Origin: Aplysia californica
Lineage: Eukaryota
DNA: 64,000 nt
NCBI RefSeq assembly: GCF_000002075.1
Contig: NW_004797511.1
Span: forward strand, 881,549-945,548
Direction of reading: 5' to 3'
Numbering within the stretch: the stretch's first letter is position 1; each line of letters begins with the position of its first letter. Both the position numbers and the translations under genes were made by a program. The notes beneath the pieces were generated by a model. The model saw only the letters and a program-made list of their open reading frames with translations, ran no database searches and had not been told where the DNA came from. Below are positions 37,201-49,058 of this stretch, piece by piece.

Positions 37201-38030
37201 ATTCTCATGCGTCATGAGGTTGGAATTCAGTGGGGTGACGGCAAGCGAGAGCATCGTGGCATCGATTTGGTCAACTACGGTGATCCAAATGGCTTTTCAG
37301 CTATGGCCAGGACTGTTGGCTTGCCCACAGGCATTGCTGCTCGCATGATTCTCGCAGGTGAGGGATTTTTTTTATATTGTAAAGGAATGATTTGGCAGTC
37401 AGTCCCTTATTTAAAAAGGGATAAGTATCAGGCCTTCACTTCGGTAAAGATTGTTTATTTATTTTGCCATACTCTCTTGTAGAGCTTGGTATATGGGATA
37501 AGAGCAAAAAATTATGTTTGGCGTGTCATTAGCTATTAATCAGTTTTCTCATAATCATGTATTTTTATATTAGTATTTTTTTGGTTTCACATTATTTTCC
37601 TTGTGTTGTTTTGAGCTTCATTGTCTTTATGCCGGCCAAGTTAGCAAGATCTAATTCATTATTTCCATCCCCCATAAGTTAAAAATAGTATTTTCAAACT
37701 GGCATGTAAAACTGGTCTTTGTGATGTTTATGTGGTTTTATGCCAAGACATGAATGAAAATTCTTAATTAGAGGCTGACACGTTTAGGTGTCTTAGAAAA
37801 TACCTTTCATTGTCAAGGTTGTTTTTTTTGCATGTAAAAGATAAGCTGGGTTCAATTACTTATGCTGTCAATAGCGCTGTGAAACTAATTCTTTCCCCAA
37901 AAAACTTTTTCCAGGTGAGATCCAGACCAAGGGTGTGTGCGCGCCTATGGCTCCTGAGACATATGTGCCCATCCTGGCCCGGCTGAAGAAGGAAGGCATC
38001 ACAGCTCTGGAGACAATTAATCTCCTTTAG
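15971..38030 (+). CDS. AASS: Alpha-aminoadipic semialdehyde synthase (LKR/SDH), mitochondrial; 22 coding exons, 952 aa
   Basis: join(15971-16252,17522-17698,18032-18184,19251-19397,20598-20676,21393-21520,23117-23391,24007-24118,25029-25088,25478-25548,26137-26258,27409-27538,29098-29208,30496-30604,31330-31406,32187-32250,33144-33311,35178-35273,35564-35679,36701-36789,37181-37357,37915-38030) = 2859 nt. All introns are GT-AG with consistent phases. LKR motifs: [49 protein letters not shown] motifs: [39 protein letters not shown]. Basic N-terminal presequence. Confidence 0.97.
16367..16813 (+). mobile_element. MITE family A (imperfect TIR ATGTGAGGCA..GAAATCAGG..CGTCAA); other copies at 41934-42415, 50235-50677 and about 56470-56749 (-)
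   Basis: Four related 300-480 bp segments with mutually inverted ends. Confidence 0.7.
17522..17698 (+). CDS. AASS: AASS coding exon 2
   Basis: [12 protein letters not shown]...FFSHTIKAQ...ILEK. Confidence 0.95.
18032..18184 (+). CDS. AASS: AASS coding exon 3
   Basis: [12 protein letters not shown]...GHHTPFM. Confidence 0.95.
18522..19159 (+). mobile_element. TTAA-flanked (piggyBac-type) MITE
   Basis: TTAA|CACCTATGGAAC ... GTCCCATAGGTG|TTAA; palindrome ACGAGTATACTCGT at 18582. Confidence 0.8.
19251..19397 (+). CDS. AASS: AASS coding exon 4
   Basis: FIGPSHNYR...[11 protein letters not shown]. Confidence 0.95.
20598..20676 (+). CDS. AASS: AASS coding exon 5
   Basis: [16 protein letters not shown]...ARG. 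Confidence 0.93.
21393..21520 (+). CDS. AASS: AASS coding exon 6
   Basis: TNKIYACVV...[12 protein letters not shown]. Confidence 0.93.
23117..23391 (+). CDS. AASS: AASS coding exon 7
   Basis: [14 protein letters not shown]...[15 protein letters not shown]...DKE. Confidence 0.95.
23571..23751 (+). mobile_element. ~175-bp short retroposon (representative copy); others at 1499-1680, 20339-20520, 20724-20895, 21864-22045, 22136-22309, 24262-24439, 32451-32621 (+) and 52349-52531 (-)
   Basis: Shared 5' end GTGGGTGGTTGGCGGGTGCTC, 3' stem-loop, (ACTAAA)n tail, 10-13 bp TSDs. Confidence 0.88.
24007..24118 (+). CDS. AASS: AASS coding exon 8
   Basis: [27 protein letters not shown]. Confidence 0.95.
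25029..25088 (+). CDS. AASS: AASS coding exon 9
   Basis: [20 protein letters not shown]. Confidence 0.9.
25478..25548 (+). CDS. AASS: AASS coding exon 10
   Basis: [23 protein letters not shown]. Confidence 0.93.
26137..26258 (+). CDS. AASS: AASS coding exon 11
   Basis: SDH Rossmann start [18 protein letters not shown]. Confidence 0.93.
26511..27028 (+). mobile_element. tRNA-headed SINE with a Meta/MESC-like central domain and LINE-derived tail
   Basis: A box TGGCCTAGAGG, B box GGTTCGATTCC, GGAGGGCCCGTGTG..GCACGTTAAAGATCCC core, TSD TAACA(T/C)TGAACTG. Confidence 0.85.
27409..27538 (+). CDS. AASS: AASS coding exon 12
   Basis: SHFQKELDD...GDHDLVI. Confidence 0.92.
28233..28752 (+). mobile_element. 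Second copy of the same tRNA-SINE; internal fragment also at 21575-21716
   Basis: Colinear with 26511-27028. Confidence 0.85.
29098..29208 (+). CDS. AASS: AASS coding exon 13
   Basis: [26 protein letters not shown]. Confidence 0.95.
30496..30604 (+). CDS. AASS: AASS coding exon 14
   Basis: [21 protein letters not shown]...GGK. Confidence 0.95.
31330..31406 (+). CDS. AASS: AASS coding exon 15
   Basis: [25 protein letters not shown]. Confidence 0.95.
31913..32112 (+). mobile_element. Degenerate tRNA-derived SINE of a second family; related pieces at 5735-5802/6319-6350 and 55520-55710 (-)
   Basis: TAGCTCAGTTG..GGTTTGAATC head; GGAGGTCCCGCC..AAATAACCT..TGTTGATAG 3' part. Confidence 0.6.
32187..32250 (+). 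CDS. AASS: AASS coding exon 16
   Basis: [21 protein letters not shown]. Confidence 0.93.
33144..33311 (+). CDS. AASS: AASS coding exon 17
   Basis: [15 protein letters not shown]...LRGTIRYK. Confidence 0.95.
33870..34591 (+). mobile_element. Internally deleted piggyBac-like element
   Basis: TTAA TSD, 12-bp TIR (11/12 match), ACGAGTATACTCGT; relic from the ATG at 34081, [17 protein letters not shown], followed by an acidic [14 protein letters not shown] tract with stops. Confidence 0.75.
35178..35273 (+). CDS. AASS: AASS coding exon 18
   Basis: [15 protein letters not shown]...PDITW. Confidence 0.93.
35564..35679 (+). CDS. AASS: AASS coding exon 19
   Basis: [13 protein letters not shown]...LSCVV; phases fit the flanking exons. 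Confidence 0.9.
36701..36789 (+). CDS. AASS: AASS coding exon 20
   Basis: LGLLEDD...[16 protein letters not shown]. Confidence 0.93.
37181..37357 (+). CDS. AASS: AASS coding exon 21
   Basis: [10 protein letters not shown]...[19 protein letters not shown]. Confidence 0.95.
37915..38030 (+). CDS. AASS: AASS coding exon 22 (stop)
   Basis: [11 protein letters not shown]...[15 protein letters not shown]. Confidence 0.93.
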
Positions 38031-41000
38031 GAGAGTGATCTGCACAGAATTTTTCATCTTCTGTGTTCCTTTCGTTTCATTGCTGAAATGAGGAGAAGAA
38101 GGTGCCCCCGAGGTAGCTAGAAATTCAGGACTGCAGATAGAAACTGAAAACGAGACCTTCTAAACTGATTACAATGTCGTGCTCTGTTTGGAAGTTATGA
38201 ATGAAGCTTTTCTTGGTTTCACCGTATTCTATCTTTTTATTGTAATGGGAATTCAAAAGTGCCACATTCAAATCAAGCTTATAGTGTTTCCCCCAATAAA
38301 GTGATAATTCAAAATATGGGCCATAGTCTTTTAGTGTAGGGTATCCTCACAGGGGAAACTTAATACCAACATTTTTTTTTTCTTCTTTACAACCAGATCC
38401 CCAATGAAGAGTTACTGCGATCCTTATTTGGGTCAGGACTGTGGGTTTGGATGTCACTGTATACTGTGTAGCCCAGGAAGAAGCTGCCTCAGTTACATTT
38501 TATTCTTCCAAATCCACTTAAAGTATGAGGGCTGGTGCACTCATTTTCATTGCTCTAAATGAATATTTATGTGCATAGCACAAAGTTTACCAACTTCGCA
38601 GACTTATTCAGTTCTTCCATACGCTTGGTGTATAATAGACCAAAGAACTGTGCAGGTGTGGAGCTTAAACTTAGAGTGTTAATTAGTTGTAAGTGATAGT
38701 TGGCTTCTTTGGGTGAACTTTGAAGTAGTAGGAGTTAACATAGTAGCAGTCTTTGTGTTGTCTTATCAGAAAGAAGCTTTTTTTATGGCATATTGCATGT
38801 ATAAATTTTACAAAATGATGCGAAAACTGTATAGCTAGAGAAACCAAGCTGGTTCCTGAAATGAGAATGATGTACCTGTGAAATGTTCCTTAGATATTTT
38901 TTTTAAAAAATCATTCCTCAAATGACTTTGTGCCAGACACTAATAGCTTGCTCAGAAATTGTGACGATGAATGAATGTCTGAAAGTTTGCTGTAGATCAA
39001 AAGGGTAACTCAAGTCTTTGGTATGATGGCCTTGCCTAAAATTTTTGGATTGTAATCTCTGCTACAGCACTCATGTGATATCCTCAACCCTCACCACGAA
39101 CTACCGTTACCCCACTTTTACACTCTGAGCGCATCTTTGTGAATTGAGCAGTTAACCCGAGTGAACTGAGAAACTGGGGGTTTGGGGTGGGGATGTAGGG
39201 GGGGGGGGGGGATGGGATTCAGGCCCACTTGCTCCAATTTCTCCAGATTTCCAACCCGTGCTGCAGCATTCTGTAGGCACCAAAACTACAGACAAGAAAG
39301 AGGTGTTATTTTTTTAATCGCTATTCTCATCAGAGATTTAAAAAGGAATTTGAAAAATAGTACCTAGCACTTTTTTAAAGATATGTATTAAGAAATTATT
39401 CCTCCCAAAATATTTTTTTTGGGGTTAACAAGAACACAGATGGACATTGCTTCTGGTGCATAGGCTGGGAGCCTATTTTAACTTCTGAAAGAGGCGTAGA
39501 AATAGCTAAATTTCAATCATGCAAACTTGCCACTTTTCATTTCCTTACAACCATTTTGAAAAGAAAATTGTAAGTCCCGTCGGTTAGATACGCTGTTTTG
39601 TTTTCACCATTATGGATGCTGCCAGCCTATGTGAGCTCTGCTGTCTCATATAGAGCCATTCTTTTGGGTTGTTTCAAAAATCTTTCTCATTGATCGAGTG
39701 GAAGATGAGTGTTCTTCTTTCGGCTAATATCATATGGAAGAAATATAATATCCTACACATTATTTGTTTTGCACTCTCTTTAGTCCAGACTGTACTTAAG
39801 CCCTTTATTTGTGTGTATTTGATATAATTTACCTTCATCTGCACAGAACCAAACGCACTTAATTTATGACATTTATAAGCTATCCTACGTTTGAAAACTA
39901 ATTACCTACTCCCTTTCGGTTTTTTTGGGGTTTTTTTTGCGTTAGCTTTAAAACTTTGCTTTTACTTGATTTTTCTCAAATGTTACCCTGTATAATACAT
40001 AATATGGCCCTTTTACGGGCTACTTTGTTATTGTGAACATGTTATTGAAAAGTCTACTTCATGGGGCACTATGCAGCTAACGCAATTAATTCTGTCTTGA
40101 GAGAAAGAAGCGACAAGTCATGTGCTGATGTCTGACTTGATCAAGCCCCACTCATTGTCACAAACTATCTACGTACCCTGCTTCTGTTTAGACCATGAGT
40201 ATCCCGCAACTTCTCCTTCCATCTTCTAATTGCGTCATATTTTAAAGATACCCATTCAATAGTACAAAATGTGCCCTCTTGGGAACCGATATTTTCTGTT
40301 ACAGTACAATAAGATTACTTATACAAGTACTCTGTGAAAATGTTTGTAATGTTGGCTCCCTCTTCTTATGAATCTCTGTAGACTATACTCATTTTAGATT
40401 TATTAATAAAAGAACATTTCTTATACATTACAACTTTCTCCAAGATGCCATATTTATTTTGCTGCTGACACATCACTTGCTATTTTTTTTATAGCGTCAG
40501 TTACAAAGAGGCCATGACCTAGAAAGCTTACTTAACAGAGGACAAAAGAAACTGATTCTGTCACTCTGCTCAAATTATACAGTATTTAATGAGATAAAAG
40601 GACTATTTTTGCATGTCATTTTTTTGAATTACATTTTTTGTGACATGCATAATCTAAACATGATGTAGAGCTTATACATATTCTTTAATTAAGTGTTTTT
40701 ACAAATCTTTGGAGAATCTCTGACTTGGCAAATGTTGCTGTTTTTGCTGTTGCTTGTTTTTTTTAATTGCTTGTTGTTTTTTTTAAGGGTACATGCAACT
40801 TCATGAAATATAGACGCAGTACTGCAATTGAAATTGAAAACATTTGATAAGGATCTAAATTGGTGACTTAGTTGCATGAACTCTAACTTAAAAACGTAAG
40901 CCTTTTTTTAATGTAGATTTTTATTTATGACATGCACAAATGTAAATGACATTGTTTTACTCCACCTAGCTTTATATGGCTAGTTTTGAGCTCATTGGTG

Positions 41001-41431
41001 ATTCTATCTTTGATGATGACCCCCCCCCCCCCTTCCCCCGACCCTCCTCTGTTCCTTTTAAGATGTCCAATCCTTCAAATTTGGTGGTCATGCCCTTTGA
41101 AAATGCATTGTTTTTGTGAATCAGAAGCCATACTTGCAGGGTATTACAGTTTTCCACTTTATAAATGTAATTATATAAGTAAGCTATGCGTCAACAAATT
41201 TATTGCAAGCTTAGCGCTATCTTGTATTTACTCCCATCTTGAAAGTTTTTATGTAAATCGCTCTGAATGCTGTGGCAAAAATGGGAGTTTGAAGAGAATA
41301 AAACTGAAATTGTTTACAACACGCACATAAACCGCAATAATTTTAAACTCAAATGGAAGATTTTTCAACAGCCTTGACACTTGTGTGAAAAACTTGTCAG
41401 ATATTGGAGTAAGTACAAGTACTTGTAGTGC

Positions 41432-41568
41432 GAATCTCATGTTATAGTGAAAAATAATTAGTTATTTGTGTCCCATACATGAGAACTGTCTCTTGAATCT
41501 CATGTTATAGTGAAAAATAATTAGTTATTTGTGTCCCATACATAAGAACTGTCTCTTGAATCTCATGT
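41432..41568. repeat. 63-bp tandem duplication (2.2 copies)
   Basis: GAATCTCATG starts at 41432, 41495 and 41558. Confidence 0.92.
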
Positions 41569-44500
41569 CCTTAAGTTCCTGCAAGCTACTGAGAGCAGGC
41601 GCACAGCGAACATGGAGCTATGTGTTAAACTTTTTTTTTTTTAAAAGAAAAACTGTTTGGCTTGAGTAGATTTAATTAATTTTGCTGCATGAGATTAGCT
41701 CTTAGACAGTCGTTCCTATGACTCAGACTACTGCATGCAGGTAGCTGCCTCCATTGTTTGCAAATGTTGCAAAACACATTGTATAATGTACACTGATTTT
41801 AGTTTGTAAAATGTTTTTAGCTTAACATCACTGTACTAAATTGCATTTGATAACATAAGACTACTCTTTGGATGTCTTGTGATTGGACTTGGTCATTCCT
41901 AATAGTTTTAGAAGTTTTGATTACCTTATATATATGTGAGGCAGCATGGGGAAATCAGGTGCTCGTCAAAATGATGAAATCAGAGAAACGGGTATTTTTC
42001 TGGAAGTTGGGCAATTTTTTCCAAATTTTCTTTCTTTAGCAGGGTGGATTTTACTGAAAATTGTTGATTAAAGTCACTCATCATCTTTTATCACTTTTCA
42101 GAAACACATTTCTGGGTGGATTTTACTGAAAATTGTTGGTTAAAGTCCCTAAAAAATGTAAATTAACTGAGTCTTTGAAAAGACTCTCAAGCTACGGAAG
42201 TCAAGAAACTTTGGCGACGATTTTTTCCCTAATTTTACTTCTAAAACCAGGTATCCCCATCTCTTGCAATAAAAAATATTTCAAGTTCTGTTCAAGGTAC
42301 ATGATTATTATTTTCATCGAAATATAGACAAATGACCAAGCTGTAAGATGATCCCAATAACTCCATATGCCCCAAAATTGACGTGCGCCTGATTTCACAG
42401 CGTCGTGACTCACATTCGGCAAGCTGCTAAAATGTACTAAAATCAGAAGGCAAAATTTTACAGGAGAGAGAAAAATTTTTGTTTTGTTTTAAACAATTGT
42501 ACCTACATTATATATTTTTTCTTGCCTTTTTTTCCCACACTGAAAATTTGAATTTCTACAAAATATTTCTTGAAGACATGCAGCCGATACCACAGATAAA
42601 CTTAAAGGAGCTGCAAGTAAAAAATTGTCAAAATTTGTACATTTTAACAGCTAGCCAACTATATATATATATAAAATATATTAAGCATGTATCTCAATCT
42701 CTATGTTCCATATGTTGTGCGGTTATGGAAATGAGAAGCAACAGTCACTGAGGAAGTGGAAACCACAGGAATAATTGAGATTAGTATACACTGATTTCTG
42801 GTACTTTCTATCTTTGAAAAAGCTTTTGTCAACAAAATAAATTTGACTTTTGCGTACTTGAGTTTTGGTAGATCAGCTCGTGTTACATTTATGGCCACTT
42901 TTCAGTGATTTGTGACTCATTTTGTTGATGATACAAAACAGAAAATGGATATTTATGAAAATGTAAAACATTAGGCTGTAGAAGTTGAACAACTCCCTTG
43001 TTTTGGTTGTTATAGCTGCTATAAAAACTATTCATTTACTCAGACTTACTCTATAGACTAGAAACTTTTAAAAAATTGAATTTTTATAAAGATTTATATG
43101 CAGTGTTAAGCAAAGGATATACATCGTACAGTGTAAATTCAACGTCTTTTGTAGCGCTAATGCTATTAGTGGTCCAGACTGCTCACTGTAAAAACTTGGT
43201 CAACGAACACATGGGAGTTGGAAGTTCAAATTCAAAAAGGGTTTTTATTTTCCCTTCCGTTGTGAGGTAGCCCTCTTTGCTCAGAGGCAGTCAATAAGCT
43301 AACTGTTCTTCAGCTTTTCCTAGACGTTATGTGTTCATTTTTGTCAGAACTTCTTTGTTAAAACTACTGTTTGCTTTCAACTCATAATTTCAGTCACAGG
43401 GTAATAATTTAATATCTCCTTTTACTTGCTTTCCTTTACAGAGGCTTTTGAACTGTGCTTTTGAAGTTTGTTCCACTGTAAGCTTGCCTTCTATTTCCAT
43501 TTGTCTTTGAATAGCTTTTGTGTTCTTTCTTTTCTAGTGTTCTCTTTCGTATGGTCCAGTAAACCGACAGTGGCTTTGTTTAAAGTCTAACCATTCAAGT
43601 TTGATTGATGCCATGACCTCATCTGAGATTAATTGCAGATCTAAAATAGTCTGAATGAATGATATTATATATATATAGCTTGCATATAGTGAACAGATTT
43701 TCAGGTCGGGAAATTTTGTCATATATAATATATATTCTTACATATTGCCTGAAATTCGTAATAGCAAATTCAATTGTAACAAAAAGATTTCTGTGTCCCT
43801 CGATTTCGCTTGGTGAATGCTAGACTGTATCAATATCTGGAAGGTACACAATCTTTTGACTTCAGCATATCACATAATATGCACACCCCTTTCAGTGGCA
43901 TGAGCACACTGTGTGCATGTAAGAAAAAGATAGTAATTAGTAATGTTAAAGAGTAAAACATTGGTGTTGTTGTTGGCTTTTGTCAAGACTGTTGACATAC
44001 ATATCAGTACGTACGTGATACAAATCTCGGTCTCACTGAAAGAAGCTCAATGGCTCCTGTGCATGTCACAGAACTTCTTTGTGACAATTTGTCAACATGT
44101 GCCTTATCTCACTTATTTAGCAATGTTCCTTTCAGTTGTGGAGGGAATCAACGCAATGCTGTTTTAACAATTTCTGTGTACAATGGACTGCACCACCGTA
44201 TCCTGTACATGGGAATGGAGGAGTGCGATGTTAATGTTTGTTATTTTCAGAAGACACGTACATGAGAAGATGTGTGATGTTAATGTTACTTGTTTTCTAA
44301 AGACACTGATTTCGTAGATGTTCTGGATTTGAATCCATCGGTAGGTTATTTGGAAAATGTTCAAGTTTAAGTCTCGATTTTTGCAAAATAATTTGAAGTA
44401 AGTGTAATTCTACTCCAGGTTATCAGAAACAACATTGTGTACCAAGAGGTAAGCAGGCTTCAACTCAACACTTAAAGAAATGGAGGCCTCCTTTGTAAAT

Positions 44501-46232
44501 GTCCACAAGAGTGCACTTGTTCTTCATATCATCAGTTTGCTTTTAGTACCTTCAATTTCAAACAAACATCTTCAATGTCATTTTGAAGCTTGTGCAACCT
44601 TAAAATTAGCAGCACCCCTTTTTGTGCCATTTTGAAATTAAATGTGAACAAAGATATATATCTCCCTTCATGCAATGGAAAAGTTAAGAGGAAAAGAAAG
44701 CTTTGATTTAAGCTACATGCATGCAATAGGAATAGGTGAGTGCATGAACTTGTGTCTGCAATAGTCTTGAGAATTTTGACTTTGTAAAATTGGCTGAATT
44801 TTTCATCCCACTGAATATTCTGTTATATAGTATATATTCTGTTATATATTATATTCTTAATAGTAATAAAGAAGATTGTCCACAGAAATATCAAGTGAAA
44901 TCTTCTTTAGTCGCTTATAAAACCAAAGAATTTGTTCATTATTTGGATCTTTAGCAAAGTCTTTAATCTTGTTGTGTTCATGTCCAGCTGGTCTTTCTCA
45001 TTAGAAAATTAGTCAGTAAAAAACTGTTAACCTTTAGCTCAAAACAAAGGAGACAGAACAGTGTACACACCTGTAAAGGCTTGAAATGTTTACATTTGTT
45101 CTGTCTTCATTTGTACCAGATCTATACTGTTGTGTATTTTACCTTGTATTTTAGTATTATTATACCTTGTATTTTAGTATTACAACAGGTTACTGGCGAC
45201 TAAAAAGATTTTGTTCAAAGTGTATCATTATCATGTGGTTTTGTTTTTAAGATAAGAATCTCAACTTCTTGCTTGCTTTTAAAATTTCACATGTACCTCA
45301 GTACTTTTATGTGAATGTGAACTTATAGCAGATGGTATTAAACAAGCACGGATGTGTATTTTATAGTATATATACATAACCTGGAAATAACTTTTTTTTG
45401 GTTAAAATTGTTTCATATTGTATCTTGAGGGATATTTAGGAATCAGCTTTATAATAAATATTCCAGGCAGTTTGAAATATTGAGCAGTTTGTTTTACGAT
45501 AAATTTTGTCTGCACACATTCTTTTACATTCATAGAATATCTATAATAATATATTCCACTGCAGATCGTTATGTCTGCAAGGGTCTTGTTTCTATTTGAT
45601 GAAAGCTTTTTCCATGTTTTTTTACCTTTGGTGTAAAAATGTCACAATAACAACAGAATTAACTGTGAAAAAAATTTAAATAATATACTGAAGGAAGCAT
45701 TTATGTTGAGTTTCTGGTATGAATGGAAAATAAGTATGTTGAAAAGTGAACTGAGAGTGGAAGAACGTCTCTATGACTCTATGGAGAGGTATCCCAAACC
45801 CAAACAGTATTTGTTGTAGATCTACTAATTATTTTCTGGTTTGCTTTGTGAAAAAGATCTAAATTTACATTCTACAAAGCTTTTTCTTTACATATTATTT
45901 TGGTGTATGAGACAGATATTATAGGCATGGAAATAAAAATATCAAAATGATAATTGTGCCCACTGTGTTCATTTTTGTACTCACTTTTTTGTTTTTGTTT
46001 TTAGTAAGAGTTTTACGGCACCTACAATACATTTAATACAATTAGGTCAGGTAAGTGTAGGTAACATAAACATGGTGCATAAGCCGACTCTTAGCTTTCT
46101 GAGCCAGTTGTTTTGGTGAAATTGGAGTGATTCAGATTGCTGTTTCTTTTCTCTGTCGCTGTAAAACACCAAATAATTTACACCATGAAAAAGTTCAGCT
46201 TTTCCTCTTTTCAATGGTGTAAGTTGTTTGTA

Positions 46233-46933
46233 CAGTAGAACATGACTATAGCGACCCCCATTCCAACGGAACCTTACCGGAATCCCTTTTTTTTTCCTAT
46301 GTAAACTCAATTACCTGTTCTCGGTTTAGCGGGGCAAGGAAAGGCCCGAACTCGCACATAGTAGGAGAGATCGAGTGAGCTATAGCTAGGGGTAAGGGGG
46401 TTGGGGGGCTGTAGGCGGGCTCCAAACAGGCAGACAGCAGTGCAGCGTTACGTGAGCCACTCCAAAAGTAATGTGCCGTAGCTTAGACGCTCAGTATGAG
46501 AGCGTATAGGTCATAGCCCTTGGCCAAGGCTAAAAAGTAAAAGAAGAGGAGAGCGTGTGTGTGTGTGTGTGATTCCTGATTCATTGAATTGCGATCGTTG
46601 ATGCTCAAAGGCAAACGCACAGATCCACTTCACCAGTTCTACAGTAAGCCTACCGGTATGATAGACAGCACAAGCAACGGGACCGAGAAAAAAGTGGCTT
46701 CCAAAAAAGACAAAAGGAAATGCTTCTCACTCGAGTTCAAGGCCGAGATAATCAACAAAATTGACAAGAAAAGGAAGACTAATCTATAAGCACAAATTTT
46801 ATTGATATGGAATGGAAGTGATCATATGGATTTTGAGAAATTTTCGAGTATTTTCCCTTAGCACTCCTATAGTGGGAACTCGCCTACAGCGGAATTTTTC
46901 TTCTGGAACCAAATGTCCCGCTATATTCTACTG
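46233..46933 (+). mobile_element. pogo/Tigger deletion derivative
   Basis: TA|CAGTAGAA...TTCTACTG|TA; CENP-B-type HTH start KRKCFSLEFKAEIINKID. Confidence 0.8.
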
Positions 46934-47829
46934 TATGTTGGTGTATTTGGAGTTGGAGATCGCTGTGGAAAGCAAAGCCCCTCGCGGTCAGAATGCGAGG
47001 TTGGCCAGTTGAAAAACTAACACCCAGCATTCGATTGCTTCGTGGAAAGATTAATGATTAAATACTGTCTTTTCACTGGCAGAGTACTTTAAACAGAGTT
47101 TTCAGAGGCATATTTTTCGCCTTTCTAATTTCAATAGAAAGCCTTTAGAAATATTGTCAAAGTTTTCAAAGATCACTTTTTACACAACGTATGTAAAATA
47201 TTGGAAAAAAATGGCACCAATAGAAAGATCAGTTTATCTTTCATTAGAATAGAGTCATGGTCTTGGAATTATTTTACATCGATCCTTCTGTGAAACTCCA
47301 AAAGTATATGACCTCCAACAAGGGGAGTAGTCGTACACTACAAGTACAGAGTCGTATCGCTCATTTCGGGTGCGGGTGCGACGCCATATCCAGTCTATGA
47401 TTTGACAGCATACAAGTACAATGTATTTTGTAACAGTGATCAGAGATAACCCAACGAAGGTAAGCTCTAGATAAGATTTTATTGATCTCTACAAAGAGAA
47501 ATTTGCTGCAGCATGGTCAATACATACACTTACATGCATCAACACACACAGGATCTAACGACTATTGTCTTGAAAGCACTTCTGTTTCTATCAAAACCAT
47601 AGCAGCCTAGTCTATATCTATATCATTTGGTTGCTGCTTTGATTCAAGAAGATAACAACGATATTACACTTGGAAGAGACTTGGATAAATGAAACACCGA
47701 AAAGTTCATCACACAAGAACATCCATTAATCAAAAACATAACACAGAGATGTAGTGCTGTACGTACATAGATTTTTTACTGTCATTATTATCATCATCAA
47801 TCCTAAACAAATTACAGTCCATCATAAAT

Positions 47830-48190
47830 GGTCGTCTGAGGAAGATCACGAAAATCTACTTGCCGGACACCATCAGAAATGTAGTATTATTAAGGCAAAT
47901 CAAGCAACAGCCTGTTGGCTGTGAGATTATGAAGAGAAGATGATGGATTGGACAAACACTCAGAAAGCCAACCCGCAATGTGACAATGCAAAGCCTAGTA
48001 AGATGGAACCTCCAGGGGAGGAGAAAGAGAAGAAGTCCGAAATTCACGTGGAAATGAGATCTAGCGGCAGATATCATGCATATGACACTGCAGCTGGAGA
48101 AGATAGTCCAGAACAGGGACGTGTGGAGAGCCCTTCTTTGTGGTCTATACCCAGTACCATGGTGAAAGAGGCGAATGAATGAATTATCAT
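47830..48190 (+). mobile_element. RTE LINE 3' fragment
   Basis: IMKRR*WIGQTLRK, WN..G.RK..SPKFTW; GAAT tail. Confidence 0.7.
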
Positions 48191-49015
48191 TAACAAACAG
48201 TACCACATATTGTTTTACTCAAAATAACTCCCATGACCATTCTTACTTACTCCGTCAACACTCCATCATGAATCATACAGAAACACACAATCATGTACAA
48301 AATCACAACAATGAAACCATGCTAGCCTGAACCAAAAGCCATTCTCAGTCCATTTTCTATCTTCTCGCGTTTTAGCTTTACTATTAAGTACAATCGACTA
48401 CGAATGAGTTGATGTCGTCAAGCGAGTGAAAAATAGATCAACTCATCTGAAGTTCAGATTAACCTGTTGAGAACTGTTAAGAAGATGAGGTGCTGGGACC
48501 TCCTGAGAAAAAGATCAACTTAACCAAAGACCAACTCAAGTGAGCTCAACACGAGTGGAGTTGACTGTCATGTCCCAAGATTTTCTGTGTGGTACAGTCA
48601 GTTACCCACATGAACATTGGCAGGGAAGTTCAAACGTAAAACTGTCAAAAATCCTACTCTGAAATGACCTTCATTGAGTCTACAGGGACATCAACCTAAA
48701 AAGAAGATTGAAAAAACAAAACAATAACAGTAAAAAATTCTCCGGTTGTAACGCTTTGCACCTTCTCAGGGTGGATGGTCACTGTGATGCTCTACTCCCT
48801 ACGGCTCAAGGCAAGTAGATCAGAGCAGGTGGTTGGAGGGCCCTGCTGGAAGCTCCCACTTCTTTGCATTCCCTCTGTTGTTTCTCTCCGTCTGTCTGTC
48901 TTACATTTTCCTGGCACTAAATGACCATTATTGTGCCAATGTGCTTCTCTTTAAAGCAGAGTTTGACATCACACCATCCTTAGACTCCTTTCATGTTTTC
49001 ATGTCCAAATACAAC

Positions 49016-49058
49016 TCATATAACTGCACTGTCCTTTCTCACGTGGCAAAATCGATCC
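49016..49058 (-). CDS. HEMK1: HEMK1 last coding exon (stop)
   Basis: [13 protein letters not shown] after a polypyrimidine tract and ACAG acceptor. Confidence 0.9.

Noticed and set aside
38028-38120. Stop-codon readthrough extension of AASS
   Set aside because: TAG-G is a poor readthrough context and the extension has no targeting motif.
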